Positions 49,230-60,197 of a DNA stretch of 64,000 bases are shown one piece after another. The DNA lies in assembly GCA_913055655.1 (NCBI GenBank), contig CAJXKA010000001.1, positions 680,842 through 744,841 on the forward strand, read 5' to 3'. The position numbers and the translations under genes are program-made. Position 1 is the stretch's first letter, and every line of letters starts with the position of its first letter. The stretch is from an uncultured Oceanospirillales bacterium (GTDB lineage Bacteria; Pseudomonadota; Gammaproteobacteria; Xanthomonadales; SZUA-36). The notes below the pieces were generated by a model that did not search any database, was not told the origin of the DNA, and saw only the letters and a program-made list of their open reading frames with translations.

Positions 49230-49329
49230 AGCGCCCAACTGTCCGAAACGCCCGCCGCGGCGCATCCGGGCTGGGTTCGCCCCGCGCGAACCATTACAAT
49301 GCACGATTTCCCGATACCCGGTGCAACAG

Positions 49330-50475
49330 ATGACCAACCCGGATGAGCGGCTGGCCGACGTCCGCGCGCGAATCGACGCGCTCGACGCCGAAATCCAGCG
49401 CCTGATCAGCGATCGTGCGAGCCTCGCGTTCGAAGTGGCCCGCACCAAGGGCGAACACCTGCCCGCGGCGGATTACTACCGCCCGGAGCGCGAGGCGCAG
49501 GTGCTGCGCGGCGTGGTGGAACGTAACCAGGGCCCGCTCAGCGATTCCGAGATGCTGCGCCTGTTCCGCGAGATCATGTCGGCCTGCCTGGCCCGCCAGG
49601 AGCCGATGCGCATTGCCTACCTGGGGCCGGAAGGCACGTTCACGCAGCAGGCGGTACACGCCCACTTCGGTCACTCCGTGCTGGCGATGGGGCAGGCCGG
49701 TATCGAGAACGTCTTCGAGCAGGTGCAGGGCGGGGAAGCCGACTTTGGTGTCGTGCCCATCGAGAATTCCACCCAGGGCGTGGTCACCCATACGCTGGAC
49801 CTGTTCATCGACTCGCCCCTGCACATTTGCGGCGAGATTGAGCTCCGGATTCACCACAACCTGCTGACCCACGCGTCGGGCCTGGCCGGCATCGATCGCG
49901 TGTATGCGCACCAGCAGTCGCTGTCACAGTGCCGCGAATGGCTGCGGCGCAACCTGCCGGGCGTGGAACTGCTGCCCGTCAGCAGCAACGCCGAGGCCGC
50001 GCGCCGTGTCCGCAACGCGCCGGAGGCCGCGGCCATCGCCAGCCTGTCGGCGGCGGAGATCTACGGCATCCCCGCGCTGTTCTCGAATATCGAGGACCAG
50101 CCCGACAACACGACGCGCTTCCTGGTCATCGGCCGGGATCGTTTCACGCCGTCCGGTGACGACAAGACCACGCTGCTGCTGACCGGCGATGAAGGCCCGG
50201 GCCTGCTGCACGCGCTGCTGGCGCCGCTGGCCGCGCATGGCCTGAACATGACCCGCATCGAATCGCGACCGGCGCCGGGGCGCAAGTGGTCTTACGTGTT
50301 TTTCATCGATGTCGACGGCCATGCCGACGAGGACCCGCTGAAATCCGCACTCGCGGAGATGAAGCAGGTGGGCGGCGAAGCCCGGCTGCTGGGCTCCTAC
50401 CCCCGTGCCGTGGCCACACGGATCCGCACGGCGGAAAAATCCGCGCAGGATCGCGAGGACGCTGATGATGAGTAA
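49330..50475 (+). CDS. pheA: Bifunctional chorismate mutase / prephenate dehydratase (P-protein)
   Basis: CM domain (RARIDALDAEIQRLISDR), PDT domain (IAYLGPEGTFT), ACT domain (ESRP). An alternative GTG start lies at 49321. Confidence 0.93.
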   Translation: MTNPDERLADVRARIDALDAEIQRLISDRASLAFEVARTKGEHLPAADYYRPEREAQVLRGVVERNQGPLSDSEMLRLFREIMSACLARQEPMRIAYLGPEGTFTQQAVHAHFGHSVLAMGQAGIENVFEQVQGGEADFGVVPIENSTQGVVTHTLDLFIDSPLHICGEIELRIHHNLLTHASGLAGIDRVYAHQQSLSQCREWLRRNLPGVELLPVSSNAEAARRVRNAPEAAAIASLSAAEIYGIPALFSNIEDQPDNTTRFLVIGRDRFTPSGDDKTTLLLTGDEGPGLLHALLAPLAAHGLNMTRIESRPAPGRKWSYVFFIDVDGHADEDPLKSALAEMKQVGGEARLLGSYPRAVATRIRTAEKSAQDREDADDE

Positions 50476-51625
50476 ACCGAACCTGGCAGGCGGCTGTGAC
50501 CCGTCGGCCACCGCGCTGGAGTGTGTGCGCGCGCTGAAACCCTACCAGCCCGGCAAACCCATTTCCGAGCTGGAACGCGAGTACGGCGTCCGTGACATCA
50601 TCAAGCTGGCCTCGAACGAGAACCCGCTGGGGACAAGCCCCGCGGCGGTCGCGGCCATGCGGGATGAGCTCGACGGCCTGTGGCTGTACCCGGACGGCGG
50701 TGGCTTCGAACTGCGCGGCGCGCTGGCCGCACGGCACGGCGTGACGCCCGATTGCGTCACCCTGGGCAATGGCTCCAACGACGTCCTGGTCCTGCTCTGC
50801 GAGGCTTTCCTGGCCCCGGGACGCGAAGCGGTCTTCTCGCAGTACGCGTTCGCCGTTTACCCGATCGCCACGCAGGCCGCCGGCGGCACCGCGCGCATCG
50901 CGCCGGCGCTGCCAGCCGGTCATGCCCAGGCGCTGGGTCATGACCTGGAGGCCATGGCCGGGCTGGTCGGGCCCGATACCCGCATCGTGTTTATCGCCAA
51001 CCCCAATAACCCGACCGGGAACTGGGTGGAGGCCGACGAACTGAAACGTTTTGTCGAGTCGGTGCCGGCGGACACGCTGGTCGTCGTCGACGAGGCCTAT
51101 CACGAGTATGCCGCACCGCTGGGTGTGCCGGACGCCAGCGAGTGGCTGGGCGAGTTCCCCAACCTGGTCGTCACGCGAACGTTTTCGAAGGCCTACGGGC
51201 TGGCCGGCATTCGCGTCGGCTATGCGCTGTCGTCGCCCGGCGTGGCGGACATCATTAACCGCATCCGCCAGCCGTTCAACGTGAATTCGCTGGCGCTCGC
51301 CGGCGCGAAAGCGGCCCTGGACGATACCGGGTTTATCGAGCGGGCCGTGCGCGAGAACGCCGATGGCCGTGATGCCCTCACCGAGGGGCTGGCGGCGATG
51401 GGGTTCAGTGTCACCCCGTCCGCGGGCAATTTCCTGCTGGCCGACATGGGCGAGCCGGCCGCGGCCTGGTACGAGGCGCTGCTGCGCCGGGGCGTTATCG
51501 TTCGGCCGGTGGCGAATTACGGGTTACCGAATCATTTGCGCGTCACCGTGGGCACGGCGGCGCAGAACCGGCGCCTGCTGGAGGCGCTGGAACAGGGCAG
51601 GGAGCACGATGCCGCTACACGCTGA
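50465..51625 (+). CDS. hisC: Histidinol-phosphate / aromatic aminotransferase
   Basis: Class II aminotransferase. Lys context TFSKAYGLAGIRVGY. Start MMSKPN overlaps the pheA stop. Confidence 0.9.
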   Translation: MMSKPNLAGGCDPSATALECVRALKPYQPGKPISELEREYGVRDIIKLASNENPLGTSPAAVAAMRDELDGLWLYPDGGGFELRGALAARHGVTPDCVTLGNGSNDVLVLLCEAFLAPGREAVFSQYAFAVYPIATQAAGGTARIAPALPAGHAQALGHDLEAMAGLVGPDTRIVFIANPNNPTGNWVEADELKRFVESVPADTLVVVDEAYHEYAAPLGVPDASEWLGEFPNLVVTRTFSKAYGLAGIRVGYALSSPGVADIINRIRQPFNVNSLALAGAKAALDDTGFIERAVRENADGRDALTEGLAAMGFSVTPSAGNFLLADMGEPAAAWYEALLRRGVIVRPVANYGLPNHLRVTVGTAAQNRRLLEALEQGREHDAATR

Positions 51626-52913
51626 AACCGCCGCCGGACCGCTGACCGGCACGCTGACGCCTCCGGGCGACAAATCGATATCCCATCGTTCGCTGATCTT
51701 CGGCGGCCTTGCCGAGGGCGAGTCCGTGATCGAGGACCTGCTGGTGAGCGCCGACACCACGGCGACGCGCAATGCGATGGCCCAGCTGGGCGCGACATTC
51801 ACCGATGACGGCAATGTCATCCGCGTGCGCGGCCTGGGCGCCGCGGGCCTGGGTGCGCCGGATGCGCCGCTGGACATGGGTAACTCCGGCACGGCCATGC
51901 GCCTGCTGGCGGGCGTGCTGGCCGCGCAGCCGTTCGATTCAGTGCTCACCGGTGACGCGTCACTGAACAGCCGCCCCATGCGGCGGATTATCGCGCCGCT
52001 CGAGCAGATGGGCGGCCGCATCGAGGCGACCGAAGGCGGTACCGCGCCGCTGAAGATTCACGGCAACGCGGCATTGCAGGGCATCGACTATGCCTCGCCG
52101 GTGGCCAGCGCCCAGATCAAGAGCTGCGTGCTGCTGGCCGGCCTGTTCGCAGCCGGCACCAGCCGTGTGACCGAGCCGCGGTTGAGCCGGGACCACACCG
52201 AGCGCATGCTGCCGCTGTTCGGCGTTCGCATGGGTGAGGGCGCCAGCCTGGAAGGGCCGCAGGGCCTTAAGGCGGCGCGCGTTCGCGTGCCGGCCGACCC
52301 GTCATCGGCGGCATTCCTGGTCGCCGCGGCGCTGCTGGTGCCGGGCTCCGATATCCTGCTTCGCAACGTCGGCCTGAACCCCACGCGCACGGCGTTCTTC
52401 GACGCCGTGAAAGCCATGGGGGGCAATCTTGAGATCACGCCGGATGCGACCATCGCGGAAGACCTGGAACCGATCGGGGATATCCGTATCCGTCATTCAG
52501 GACGCCTTCGCGGCATTGACCTGCCGCCGGAATGGGTGCCGGCCATGATTGACGAGGTGCCGATCCTGATGGCGCTGGCGGCGACGGCCGAGGGCCGGAC
52601 CCGGGTCACCGAGGCGGCGGAGCTGCGTGTCAAGGAATCGGACCGCCTGGCGGTGATGGCGCGCGGCCTGCAGGCCATGGGCATCGAGGTGACTGAGCGT
52701 CCCGACGGCGTCGATGTCATGGGTGGGCAGCCCGCATCGGCCCGGGTCGATGCGGTCAATGACCACCGCTGCGCGATGAGCTTCGCGGTGCTCGGTCAGG
52801 TCATGGCGGGCGGCGTCGACATTGATGGCGCCGACTACATCGATACCTCCTATCCGGGTTTCGTTGACGACATGCGGTCGGCCGGCGCCAATCTCGGCAA
52901 GCGGGCAGAATGA
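51609..52913 (+). CDS. aroA: 3-phosphoshikimate 1-carboxyvinyltransferase (EPSP synthase)
   Basis: Start at [35 protein letters not shown]. Confidence 0.95.
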   Translation: MPLHAETAAGPLTGTLTPPGDKSISHRSLIFGGLAEGESVIEDLLVSADTTATRNAMAQLGATFTDDGNVIRVRGLGAAGLGAPDAPLDMGNSGTAMRLLAGVLAAQPFDSVLTGDASLNSRPMRRIIAPLEQMGGRIEATEGGTAPLKIHGNAALQGIDYASPVASAQIKSCVLLAGLFAAGTSRVTEPRLSRDHTERMLPLFGVRMGEGASLEGPQGLKAARVRVPADPSSAAFLVAAALLVPGSDILLRNVGLNPTRTAFFDAVKAMGGNLEITPDATIAEDLEPIGDIRIRHSGRLRGIDLPPEWVPAMIDEVPILMALAATAEGRTRVTEAAELRVKESDRLAVMARGLQAMGIEVTERPDGVDVMGGQPASARVDAVNDHRCAMSFAVLGQVMAGGVDIDGADYIDTSYPGFVDDMRSAGANLGKRAE

Positions 52914-53605
52914 ACGAAGCAGCAGCCAGCGCGGTCCCGGTCATCACCATCGATGGCCCGGTCGGCTCGGGGAAGGGCACCATTGCCGCACGCCTGGCCG
53001 GTCGGCTGGGCTGGCACCTGCTGGACAGCGGTGCCCTGTACCGCCTGGTGGCGCTGTCGGCCATCGACCACGAGGTCGATGCCGATGATCCCGAAGGGCT
53101 GGCGCGGCTGGCGAAGACGCTGGATGCCTGGTTCCGTTTCGAACACGGCGCATTGCGCATTTTCCTTGAAGGTCGCGAAGTGACCCGGGCTGTCCGCGAG
53201 GAAAGCGTCAGCACACTGGCCTCGAAGGTGGCGGCAGTGCCCGCGGTAAGGGAAGCACTGGCGCAACGCCAGCGGGCCTTCCGGACCACCCCGGGGCTGG
53301 TCGCAGACGGCCGCGACATGGGTACCGTGATCTTCCCCGATGCCGGTTTGAAAATCTTCCTGACGGCGTCTGTCCAGGCCCGCGCGGAAAGGCGATATAA
53401 GCAGTTGAAAGAAAAAGGGGAAAGTGTTAATCTCTCGCGCCTTTTCCGGGACCTGGAAGCCCGCGATGAGCGGGATTCACAGCGCGACGTCGCGCCGTTG
53501 AAACCCGCCCCGGACGCGGTGACCATCGATTCGACCGCCATGAGCATCGACGAAGTGGTGCAAAAAGCGGTTGAATTGGTTGAAAAAGTATATCCAATTC
53601 CCTGA
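52910..53605 (+). CDS. cmk: Cytidylate kinase
   Basis: [14 protein letters not shown]-loop; 231 aa. Precedes rpsA. Confidence 0.95.
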   Translation: MNEAAASAVPVITIDGPVGSGKGTIAARLAGRLGWHLLDSGALYRLVALSAIDHEVDADDPEGLARLAKTLDAWFRFEHGALRIFLEGREVTRAVREESVSTLASKVAAVPAVREALAQRQRAFRTTPGLVADGRDMGTVIFPDAGLKIFLTASVQARAERRYKQLKEKGESVNLSRLFRDLEARDERDSQRDVAPLKPAPDAVTIDSTAMSIDEVVQKAVELVEKVYPIP

Positions 53606-53728
53606 TATTTATTAAGTTTTAGTTTTATTTTGTGGGCCACGCTCGCGTGGCGTTTATTAACCGGCGAAAACGCCGATCAACTGGGTGGGCAGCGACCAGG
53701 GGTCGCAAAGCCTGTGAGTAATCAACCA

Positions 53729-55405
53729 ATGACTGAAAGTTTCGAACAACTCCTCAACGAAAGTCCGGCCATGCAGAACCTCAAGCCGGGCTCCATCATC
53801 ACCGGCCAGGTCGTGGAAATCCGTGACGACGTCGTCGTCGTCAACGCCGGCCTGAAGTCCGAGGGCATTGTGCCCATCGGCCAGTTCAAGACCAGCGAAG
53901 GCGAACTCGAAGTCGAGCTGGGCGATGACGTCCAGGTCGCGCTGAAAGCCGTCGAAGACGGTTTCGGCGAAACGCGCATGTCGCGCGACGACGCCAAGCG
54001 CTCCATGGTCTGGGACACGCTGGAAGCCGCCTACGGCGACGACGAGATCGTCCAGGGCAAGATCTCCGGCAAGGTGAAAGGTGGTTTCACCGTCGACATC
54101 AACGATATCCGCGCCTTCCTGCCGGGTTCGCTGGTCGACGTTCGCCCCGTACGCGATCCGGCGTACCTGGAAGGCAAAGACCTGGATTTCAAGATCATCA
54201 AGCTGGATCGCCAGCGCAACAACGTCGTGGTATCACGTCGCGCGGTGGTCGAGTCCGAGTACAGCGCCGAGCGCGAAGCGCTGCTCGAGAAGCTGGAAGA
54301 AGGCATCGTCGTGAAGGGCGTGGTCAAGAACCTGACCGACTACGGCGCCTTCCTGGACCTGGGCGGTATCGACGGCCTGCTGCACATCACCGACATGGCC
54401 TGGAAGCGTGTGCGTCACCCGTCCGAGGTCGTCAATGTCGGCGACGAGCTGGAAGTGCGCGTGCTGCGTTTCGACCGCGACCGCAACCGCGTCTCGCTGG
54501 GCCTGAAGCAGCTGGGCGAAGATCCGTGGACGGATCTCGGCCGCCGTTACCCGGTGGGCACCCGCCTGTTCGGCAAGGTCACCAACATCACCGACTACGG
54601 TTGTTTCGTTGAGATCGAGGACGGCGTTGAAGGCCTGGTCCACGTGTCCGAAATGGACTGGACCAACAAGAACGTCAACCCGGCCAAGGTCGTACAGACC
54701 GGTGACGAAGTGGAAGTCATGGTGCTGGAGATCGACGAAGAGCGTCGTCGCATTTCCCTGGGCATGAAGCAGTGCCAGTCCAACCCGTGGGATGCCTTCG
54801 CGGCCACCCACAACAAGGGTGACCACGTGTCCGGCGCGATCAAGTCCATCACCGACTTCGGCATCTTTATCGGCCTGGACGGCGGTATCGACGGCCTGGT
54901 GCACCTGTCCGATATCTCCTGGCTGACGCCGGGCGAAGAGGCGGTTCGCAACTTCAACAAGGGCGAAGAAATCGAGGCCGTGGTACTGGCGGTTGACCCC
55001 GAGCGCGAGCGTATCTCGCTGGGCGTCAAGCAGCTGGACCAGGACCCGTTCGCCACGTTCATGGCCAACCATCCGCGCGGCAGCGTCGTGAAGGGTACGG
55101 TCAAGGAAGTGGATGCCCGTGGTGCGGTGCTCGAGCTGGCCGACGCCGTGGAGGGTTACCTCCGCGTCTCGGAAATCAGCAAGGACCGTATCGAGGACGC
55201 CAGCCGTGTGCTGTCCGTCGGCGACGAGATCGAGGCGAAGTTTGTCAGCCTGGATCGCAAGAGCCGTTCCCTGAGCCTGTCCATCAAGGCCATGGAAGAC
55301 GACGAACTGGCCGAAGCGCTGGAAGAGTACCAGCAGACCAGCTCGTCTGGTGGCACGACCTCGCTGGGTGAACTGCTCAAAGAGCAGCTCGACCAGAACG
55401 GTTGA
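53729..55405 (+). CDS. rpsA: 30S ribosomal protein S1
   Basis: Start MTESFEQLL; six S1 repeats; 558 aa. Confidence 0.97.
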   Translation: MTESFEQLLNESPAMQNLKPGSIITGQVVEIRDDVVVVNAGLKSEGIVPIGQFKTSEGELEVELGDDVQVALKAVEDGFGETRMSRDDAKRSMVWDTLEAAYGDDEIVQGKISGKVKGGFTVDINDIRAFLPGSLVDVRPVRDPAYLEGKDLDFKIIKLDRQRNNVVVSRRAVVESEYSAEREALLEKLEEGIVVKGVVKNLTDYGAFLDLGGIDGLLHITDMAWKRVRHPSEVVNVGDELEVRVLRFDRDRNRVSLGLKQLGEDPWTDLGRRYPVGTRLFGKVTNITDYGCFVEIEDGVEGLVHVSEMDWTNKNVNPAKVVQTGDEVEVMVLEIDEERRRISLGMKQCQSNPWDAFAATHNKGDHVSGAIKSITDFGIFIGLDGGIDGLVHLSDISWLTPGEEAVRNFNKGEEIEAVVLAVDPERERISLGVKQLDQDPFATFMANHPRGSVVKGTVKEVDARGAVLELADAVEGYLRVSEISKDRIEDASRVLSVGDEIEAKFVSLDRKSRSLSLSIKAMEDDELAEALEEYQQTSSSGGTTSLGELLKEQLDQNG

Positions 55406-55412
55406 TCGGCTT

Positions 55413-55440
55413 AACCGGGCGGCCGCGTGGCCGCCCGGTT
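55413..55440 (+). terminator. Strong GC hairpin after rpsA (terminator or attenuator; no T-run)
   Basis: AACCGGGCGGCC-GCGT-GGCCGCCCGGTT: 12-bp perfect stem. Confidence 0.45.
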
Positions 55441-55482
55441 GACTCGCGTCCTTAACAAGAACCGAATTCGCAGAGAACGAAC

Positions 55483-55764
55483 ATGACCAAATCAGAACTC
55501 ATCGAGCGGCTCGCCGAACAGCAAAAGCACCTCCACCACACGGATGTCGAGCTGGGCGTGAAGGCGATTCTCGAGCAGATGAGCCTCTCCCTCGCCGATG
55601 GCGAGCGTATCGAAATTCGCGGTTTCGGCAGTTTCTCGCTGCATTACCGCGCGCCGCGGCTCGGGCGCAACCCGAAAACCGGCGACGCCGTGTCGCTTCC
55701 GGGCAAATATGTCCCGCACTTCAAGCCCGGCAAGGCCCTGCGCGAACGGGTCGACAACGGCTGA
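55483..55764 (+). CDS. ihfB: Integration host factor beta subunit
   Basis: 93 aa: [12 protein letters not shown]...[21 protein letters not shown]. Confidence 0.95.
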   Translation: MTKSELIERLAEQQKHLHHTDVELGVKAILEQMSLSLADGERIEIRGFGSFSLHYRAPRLGRNPKTGDAVSLPGKYVPHFKPGKALRERVDNG

Positions 55765-55782
55765 TCGCGGCGCGAGGCCGTC

Positions 55783-56082
55783 ATGTACCGCTTCGCCTTT
55801 CTCATTGCGGCGCTTTTCGTGGCCGCACTGGGGCTTATTTTTGGCACGCTGAACGCGGATCCCGTCACCGTTGACCTGCTGTGGGTTCAGCTCCGCTGGC
55901 CGCTGGGCCTGGTCTTGCTGCTGGCGCTCGCGACCGGGCTGGCGCTTGGCGTGTTGATGTCCTGGCTGACCCGTGTGCTGCCGTTGCGCGCCCGTTTGCG
56001 GGCGGCCGAACGGAAGGCCGGTCGCCCGGCAGCGGAAACGAACCCCGGCCCCGAACTGCCCGTTCCCACCGATCATGATTGA
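55783..56082 (+). CDS. lapA: Lipopolysaccharide assembly protein LapA (DUF1049)
   Basis: 99 aa with two TM segments. Sits between ihfB and lapB. Confidence 0.8.
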   Translation: MYRFAFLIAALFVAALGLIFGTLNADPVTVDLLWVQLRWPLGLVLLLALATGLALGVLMSWLTRVLPLRARLRAAERKAGRPAAETNPGPELPVPTDHD

Positions 56083-57241
56083 AGCCCTCTGGCTGTTGTC
56101 CGTCATCGCCGCGGCCTGGGCGGGCGGATGGGTGGCCCGGAACATGTCGCGTCGCGGTGAGCGCAAGCGCAACCGCATGTTCAGCCGGCGCTATTTCCAG
56201 GGCCTGAACTACCTGCTCAGTGAGCAACCCGACAAGGCCATCCAGGTATTCCTGGAAATGGCCGAGGTCAACAAGGACACGGTCGAAACGCACCTTGCGC
56301 TGGGCAGCCTGTTCCGACGGCGCGGCGAAGTGGATCGCGCCATCCGATTGCACCAGAACATCATTTCCAAGCAGCATCTCGACGAGGGCCAGCGGACCAA
56401 GGCGCTGCTGGAACTGGGCGAGGACTACATGCGGGCCGGCCTGTTCGACCGTGCCGAACGCCTGTTTTCCGAACTGACCCAGCGTGGCACCCACGCGCCT
56501 TCAGCGCTCCGGCACCTGCTGGACATCTACCAGCAGGAAAAAGACTGGACGAAAGCGCTGGAAATGGCGGAGCAGCTGGAATCGCTGACCGGTGAACGCA
56601 TGGGCGTGGTCATGGCGCATTTCTGTTGTGAGCTGGCGGCGGTTTCTTTTCGTGAGGAAGCATTCGAAGCGGCACGCAAGCACCTGCGGACGGCCCGGCA
56701 ACATGACCCCCAGAGTATTCGCGCCCGCATGATGCTGGCAAGGATCGCCCGTCGCCAGGCCCGCGACGACGAGGCGCTGAAGCTCTACGAAGAAATCGTC
56801 GACATGGACAGCGATTTCCTGCCGCAGATTCTGGACGACTATCTCGAATGCGCCGACAGCGCCGGTGAGCAGGAACGCGCCGAGGGCCAGCTGCGTGACT
56901 GGTGCGCGCGCCACCACAGCATCAGCGTCATTCTCAAGCTCACCGCCATGATCCAGGCCGATGAGGGCGTCGACGCCGCGGCCCAGTTTCTCGCCGACCA
57001 GCTGTCGAAAAACCCCTCGGTCCGGGGACTGGACCGGCTCATCGAGCTGAAACTGAATGGCGGGCCGGAAATCGAGTCCGGTGACGAAATCCTTCGCGCG
57101 GTCGCACAGCGGCTGCTGGCGCGCCAGCCCACCCATCGCTGCGCCCATTGCGGCTACAGCGGCCATACCCATTACTGGCAGTGTCCCAGTTGCAAGCAGT
57201 GGGGGACGACACGGGTCATCCACGGCGTGCTGGGCGACTGA
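56075..57241 (+). CDS. lapB: Lipopolysaccharide assembly protein LapB (TPR plus rubredoxin-like zinc finger)
   Basis: Start MIEALWLL (TM). TPR repeats. C-terminal CAHCGY....WQCPSCKQW. Confidence 0.9.
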   Translation: MIEALWLLSVIAAAWAGGWVARNMSRRGERKRNRMFSRRYFQGLNYLLSEQPDKAIQVFLEMAEVNKDTVETHLALGSLFRRRGEVDRAIRLHQNIISKQHLDEGQRTKALLELGEDYMRAGLFDRAERLFSELTQRGTHAPSALRHLLDIYQQEKDWTKALEMAEQLESLTGERMGVVMAHFCCELAAVSFREEAFEAARKHLRTARQHDPQSIRARMMLARIARRQARDDEALKLYEEIVDMDSDFLPQILDDYLECADSAGEQERAEGQLRDWCARHHSISVILKLTAMIQADEGVDAAAQFLADQLSKNPSVRGLDRLIELKLNGGPEIESGDEILRAVAQRLLARQPTHRCAHCGYSGHTHYWQCPSCKQWGTTRVIHGVLGD

Positions 57242-57244
57242 CAC

Positions 57245-58288
57245 ATGCCGGACATTCCAGGCGCGGCCAGTGGCTTTAACGGCTGGCTGCTCACGCTGAC
57301 CACACTGGCCCTGGCCTTCGCGCTGGTGGGCCTGATTCGAAAGTACGCATTGCGCTCGGGGATGCTCGACCATCCCGGCGAGCGTTCAAGCCACTCCCGC
57401 GCGACCCCGACCGGCGGTGGCGCCGGCCTCGTGGGCGCCCTGGTCATCGTCAGCCTGGTTCCTTCGCCGTGGTGGCCGTTCTCAACGGCCTGGTCATGGG
57501 TGATTGTGGGCATGGTTGTGCTCGCATTTGTCGGCTGGCTGGATGACCGCCGGGACGTCTCCTGGCTGGCACGGCTTGCCGTTCAGCTTCTGGTCAGCAT
57601 TGTGCTGCTAACCTGCCTTACATTGACCACCACGGTCACGGCGCAGGGTGCGCCGGTCATGACCGGGTGGGGGATCGTGATCGGTGTCGCTGGACTGGTG
57701 TGGCTGATGAACGCATGGAACTTCATGGATGGCAGTGACGGCATGGCGGGCGCCCAGGGCGTATTCTGCGGCGCGGTGCTGGCCGGCCTGCTGCTCAGTT
57801 CAGGCCAACAGGTTGCAGGCCTCGCGGCGCTGGCGCTGGCCGCGGCCTGCCTCGGCTTCCTGGCCTGGAACCTGCCCCCGGCCAGGATCTTCATGGGCGA
57901 CACCGGCAGTGTGCCGCTGGGCCTGGCCGTTGGCGTGCTGTTGTGGTCGGCCATCACCGACGGCGTGCTCACGCTGCCGGTGGCGCTGCTGGTTCCCGCC
58001 ACCTTCATGGTGGATGCCGGCATGACGCTTTTATGGCGGGTCGTGCGCGGTGAGCGGTGGTATACTGCGCATCGCAATCACTTGTATCAAAGGCTGATCG
58101 GACATGGATGGTCACACGGCCGGGTGTTGCTGCTGTACCAGGGCGTCAACGTTCTGTTCCTGGCGCCCGCAATCATATATACGAAGAATAATCCTGATGT
58201 TGCATGGCCATGTGCGGGGATATGCGTCATGTTGATGATGCTCGCGTGGGCCGTTTCGACGGCGCGCCTGGGGGGTGTACGTGAATAA
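57245..58288 (+). CDS. Glycosyltransferase family 4 (MraY/WecA/WbpL-like polyprenyl-phosphate sugar-1-P transferase)
   Basis: 347 aa; polytopic. Motifs NAWNFMDGSDG and IFMGDTGS. Confidence 0.85.
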   Translation: MPDIPGAASGFNGWLLTLTTLALAFALVGLIRKYALRSGMLDHPGERSSHSRATPTGGGAGLVGALVIVSLVPSPWWPFSTAWSWVIVGMVVLAFVGWLDDRRDVSWLARLAVQLLVSIVLLTCLTLTTTVTAQGAPVMTGWGIVIGVAGLVWLMNAWNFMDGSDGMAGAQGVFCGAVLAGLLLSSGQQVAGLAALALAAACLGFLAWNLPPARIFMGDTGSVPLGLAVGVLLWSAITDGVLTLPVALLVPATFMVDAGMTLLWRVVRGERWYTAHRNHLYQRLIGHGWSHGRVLLLYQGVNVLFLAPAIIYTKNNPDVAWPCAGICVMLMMLAWAVSTARLGGVRE

Positions 58289-60197
58289 ACATCAAAATTC
58301 GGCGTCCTGGGGTTCCCTGTATCACCCGCGTGGGGCCGTCGTTTTGCATGACATGGTGATCGTCGCGCTGGCCTGGTGGGCAAGCCGCTGGGTGGCCGAG
58401 CGCCTGTCCGGATTACCCTTTACCGAAAATATCTCGCTGACGATAGAGCTGCCCCTGGTGCTGGCCCTGCAGGGAATGATCCTGTGGGCGACCGGCCTGT
58501 ACAAGGGCCTGTGGCGTTTCGCCAGTTTCGAGGACCTCTGGAATATCCTGCGCGCGGCCGGGGCCGGTACCCTGCTGATATTTGGCGCGCTGGCGGTCTT
58601 CAGCGGTCCCGCCAACTGGGACTGGCTGACCGGCCTGTTGGCATACCCGGTGCTGCTGTTCGCGCTGCTGGCGCTGCCGCGCATGTGCTACCGCTTCTGG
58701 AAGGACTCCAACGGCCCCCGCCGGGAGCCGGGCCGCAACGACAAGCGGGTCGTGATCCTGGGTGCCGGGCGCTCCGGCGCCATGCTCGAGCGTGAACTCC
58801 GCCATCGCGGCGGGTTTGATGTCCGCGGCTTCCTGGACGATGATCCGCGCCTGCGTGGCACCCAGGTCCATGGTGTGCCGGTGCTGGGCAGCCTGGACGA
58901 GCTGGCGGCACGTGGCCGGTCCATGCACCTGGACCTCGCGATTATTGCCATGCCGTCGGCCAATAACGAGCAGATGCAGCGCATCGTGCGCCTGTGCGAG
59001 GACAGCGGCCTGGAATTCCGGACGCTGCCGACCCTGCAGGACCTGGGCAACAAGGCGACACGGGTGAACGTGCTCAAAAAGGTCGCCATTGATGACCTGC
59101 TGGGGCGCGAGCCGGTATCACTGGACTGGAACTCCATGCGCGAAGGCCTGGTCGGCAAACGTGTGCTGGTGACCGGCGGCGGTGGTTCGATCGGCTCGGA
59201 ACTGTGCCGACAGATCGCGCGCCTGAACCCGGTCGAGCTGGTGGTTGTCGACAACAGCGAGTATTCGCTGTATCGCATCGACCTGGAACTGCGCAGCGAC
59301 TACCAGGACCTGGTCTTTTCCTCTGTCCTGGGCGATATCTGTGACGCGGCGACCGTCGAAACCGTCATCAGCCGGTACAAGCCCGACGTGATCTTCCATG
59401 CCGCGGCCTACAAGCACCTGCCGATCCTGCAGACCCAGATTCGTGAAGCCATCCGCAATAATGTTGTCGGCACCATGCGCCTTTCCGAGGCGGCCGAGCG
59501 TCACGGGGTCGGCACCTTCGTGCTGATTTCGACCGACAAGGCGGTGAACCCGGCCAATGTCATGGGCGCGACCAAGCGCGTGGCGGAGATGTATTGCCAG
59601 AACATGAATTCGCGTTCCGATACCCGCTATATCACGGTCCGGTTCGGCAACGTGCTGAACTCCAACGGCAGCGTGGTGCCGCTGTTCCAGGAGCAGATCG
59701 AGAAGGGTGGGCCGGTCACGGTCACCCACCCGGAAATTTCGCGGTATTTCATGACCATTGCCGAGGCCAGCCAGCTGATCATGCAGGCCTCGCTGCTGGG
59801 CAGCGGCGGCGAAATCTACGTGCTCGACATGGGCTCACCGGTTCGCATCACCTACCTGGCCGAGCAGCTGATCCGGCTGGCCGGGAAAGAACCGGGCAAG
59901 GACATCCAGATCGTTTACACGGGTCTGCGGCCCGGTGAGAAGCTGTTCGAGGAACTGTTCCACGAACTCGAGCCGAATGAGCAGACCGCACACGAAAAAA
60001 TCTTCCTGGCACACCCGCGGGAAGTGGACTGGAACGAGCTCAACCGTGAGCTCAGGGCCATGGAAGCGGCCGTGCGCGAGTACGATACCGTGCGCCTGGC
60101 CGCGAGCCTTGACCGGCTTGTGCCCGAACTGTCGCGCATGGCCCAGGCCAGTGAAGACCCCAGGGTGGTACCGTTCAGACAACAGGGTAGGGCATGA
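58275..60197 (+). CDS. Polysaccharide biosynthesis protein, membrane-anchored NDP-sugar 4,6-dehydratase/epimerase (WbpM/CapD/PglF-like)
   Basis: Four N-terminal TM segments. Two Rossmann motifs (ILGAGRSG; VTGGGGSIGSEL). YKHLP, STDKAVNP. The start is approximate. Confidence 0.88.
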   Translation: MYVNKHQNSASWGSLYHPRGAVVLHDMVIVALAWWASRWVAERLSGLPFTENISLTIELPLVLALQGMILWATGLYKGLWRFASFEDLWNILRAAGAGTLLIFGALAVFSGPANWDWLTGLLAYPVLLFALLALPRMCYRFWKDSNGPRREPGRNDKRVVILGAGRSGAMLERELRHRGGFDVRGFLDDDPRLRGTQVHGVPVLGSLDELAARGRSMHLDLAIIAMPSANNEQMQRIVRLCEDSGLEFRTLPTLQDLGNKATRVNVLKKVAIDDLLGREPVSLDWNSMREGLVGKRVLVTGGGGSIGSELCRQIARLNPVELVVVDNSEYSLYRIDLELRSDYQDLVFSSVLGDICDAATVETVISRYKPDVIFHAAAYKHLPILQTQIREAIRNNVVGTMRLSEAAERHGVGTFVLISTDKAVNPANVMGATKRVAEMYCQNMNSRSDTRYITVRFGNVLNSNGSVVPLFQEQIEKGGPVTVTHPEISRYFMTIAEASQLIMQASLLGSGGEIYVLDMGSPVRITYLAEQLIRLAGKEPGKDIQIVYTGLRPGEKLFEELFHELEPNEQTAHEKIFLAHPREVDWNELNRELRAMEAAVREYDTVRLAASLDRLVPELSRMAQASEDPRVVPFRQQGRA

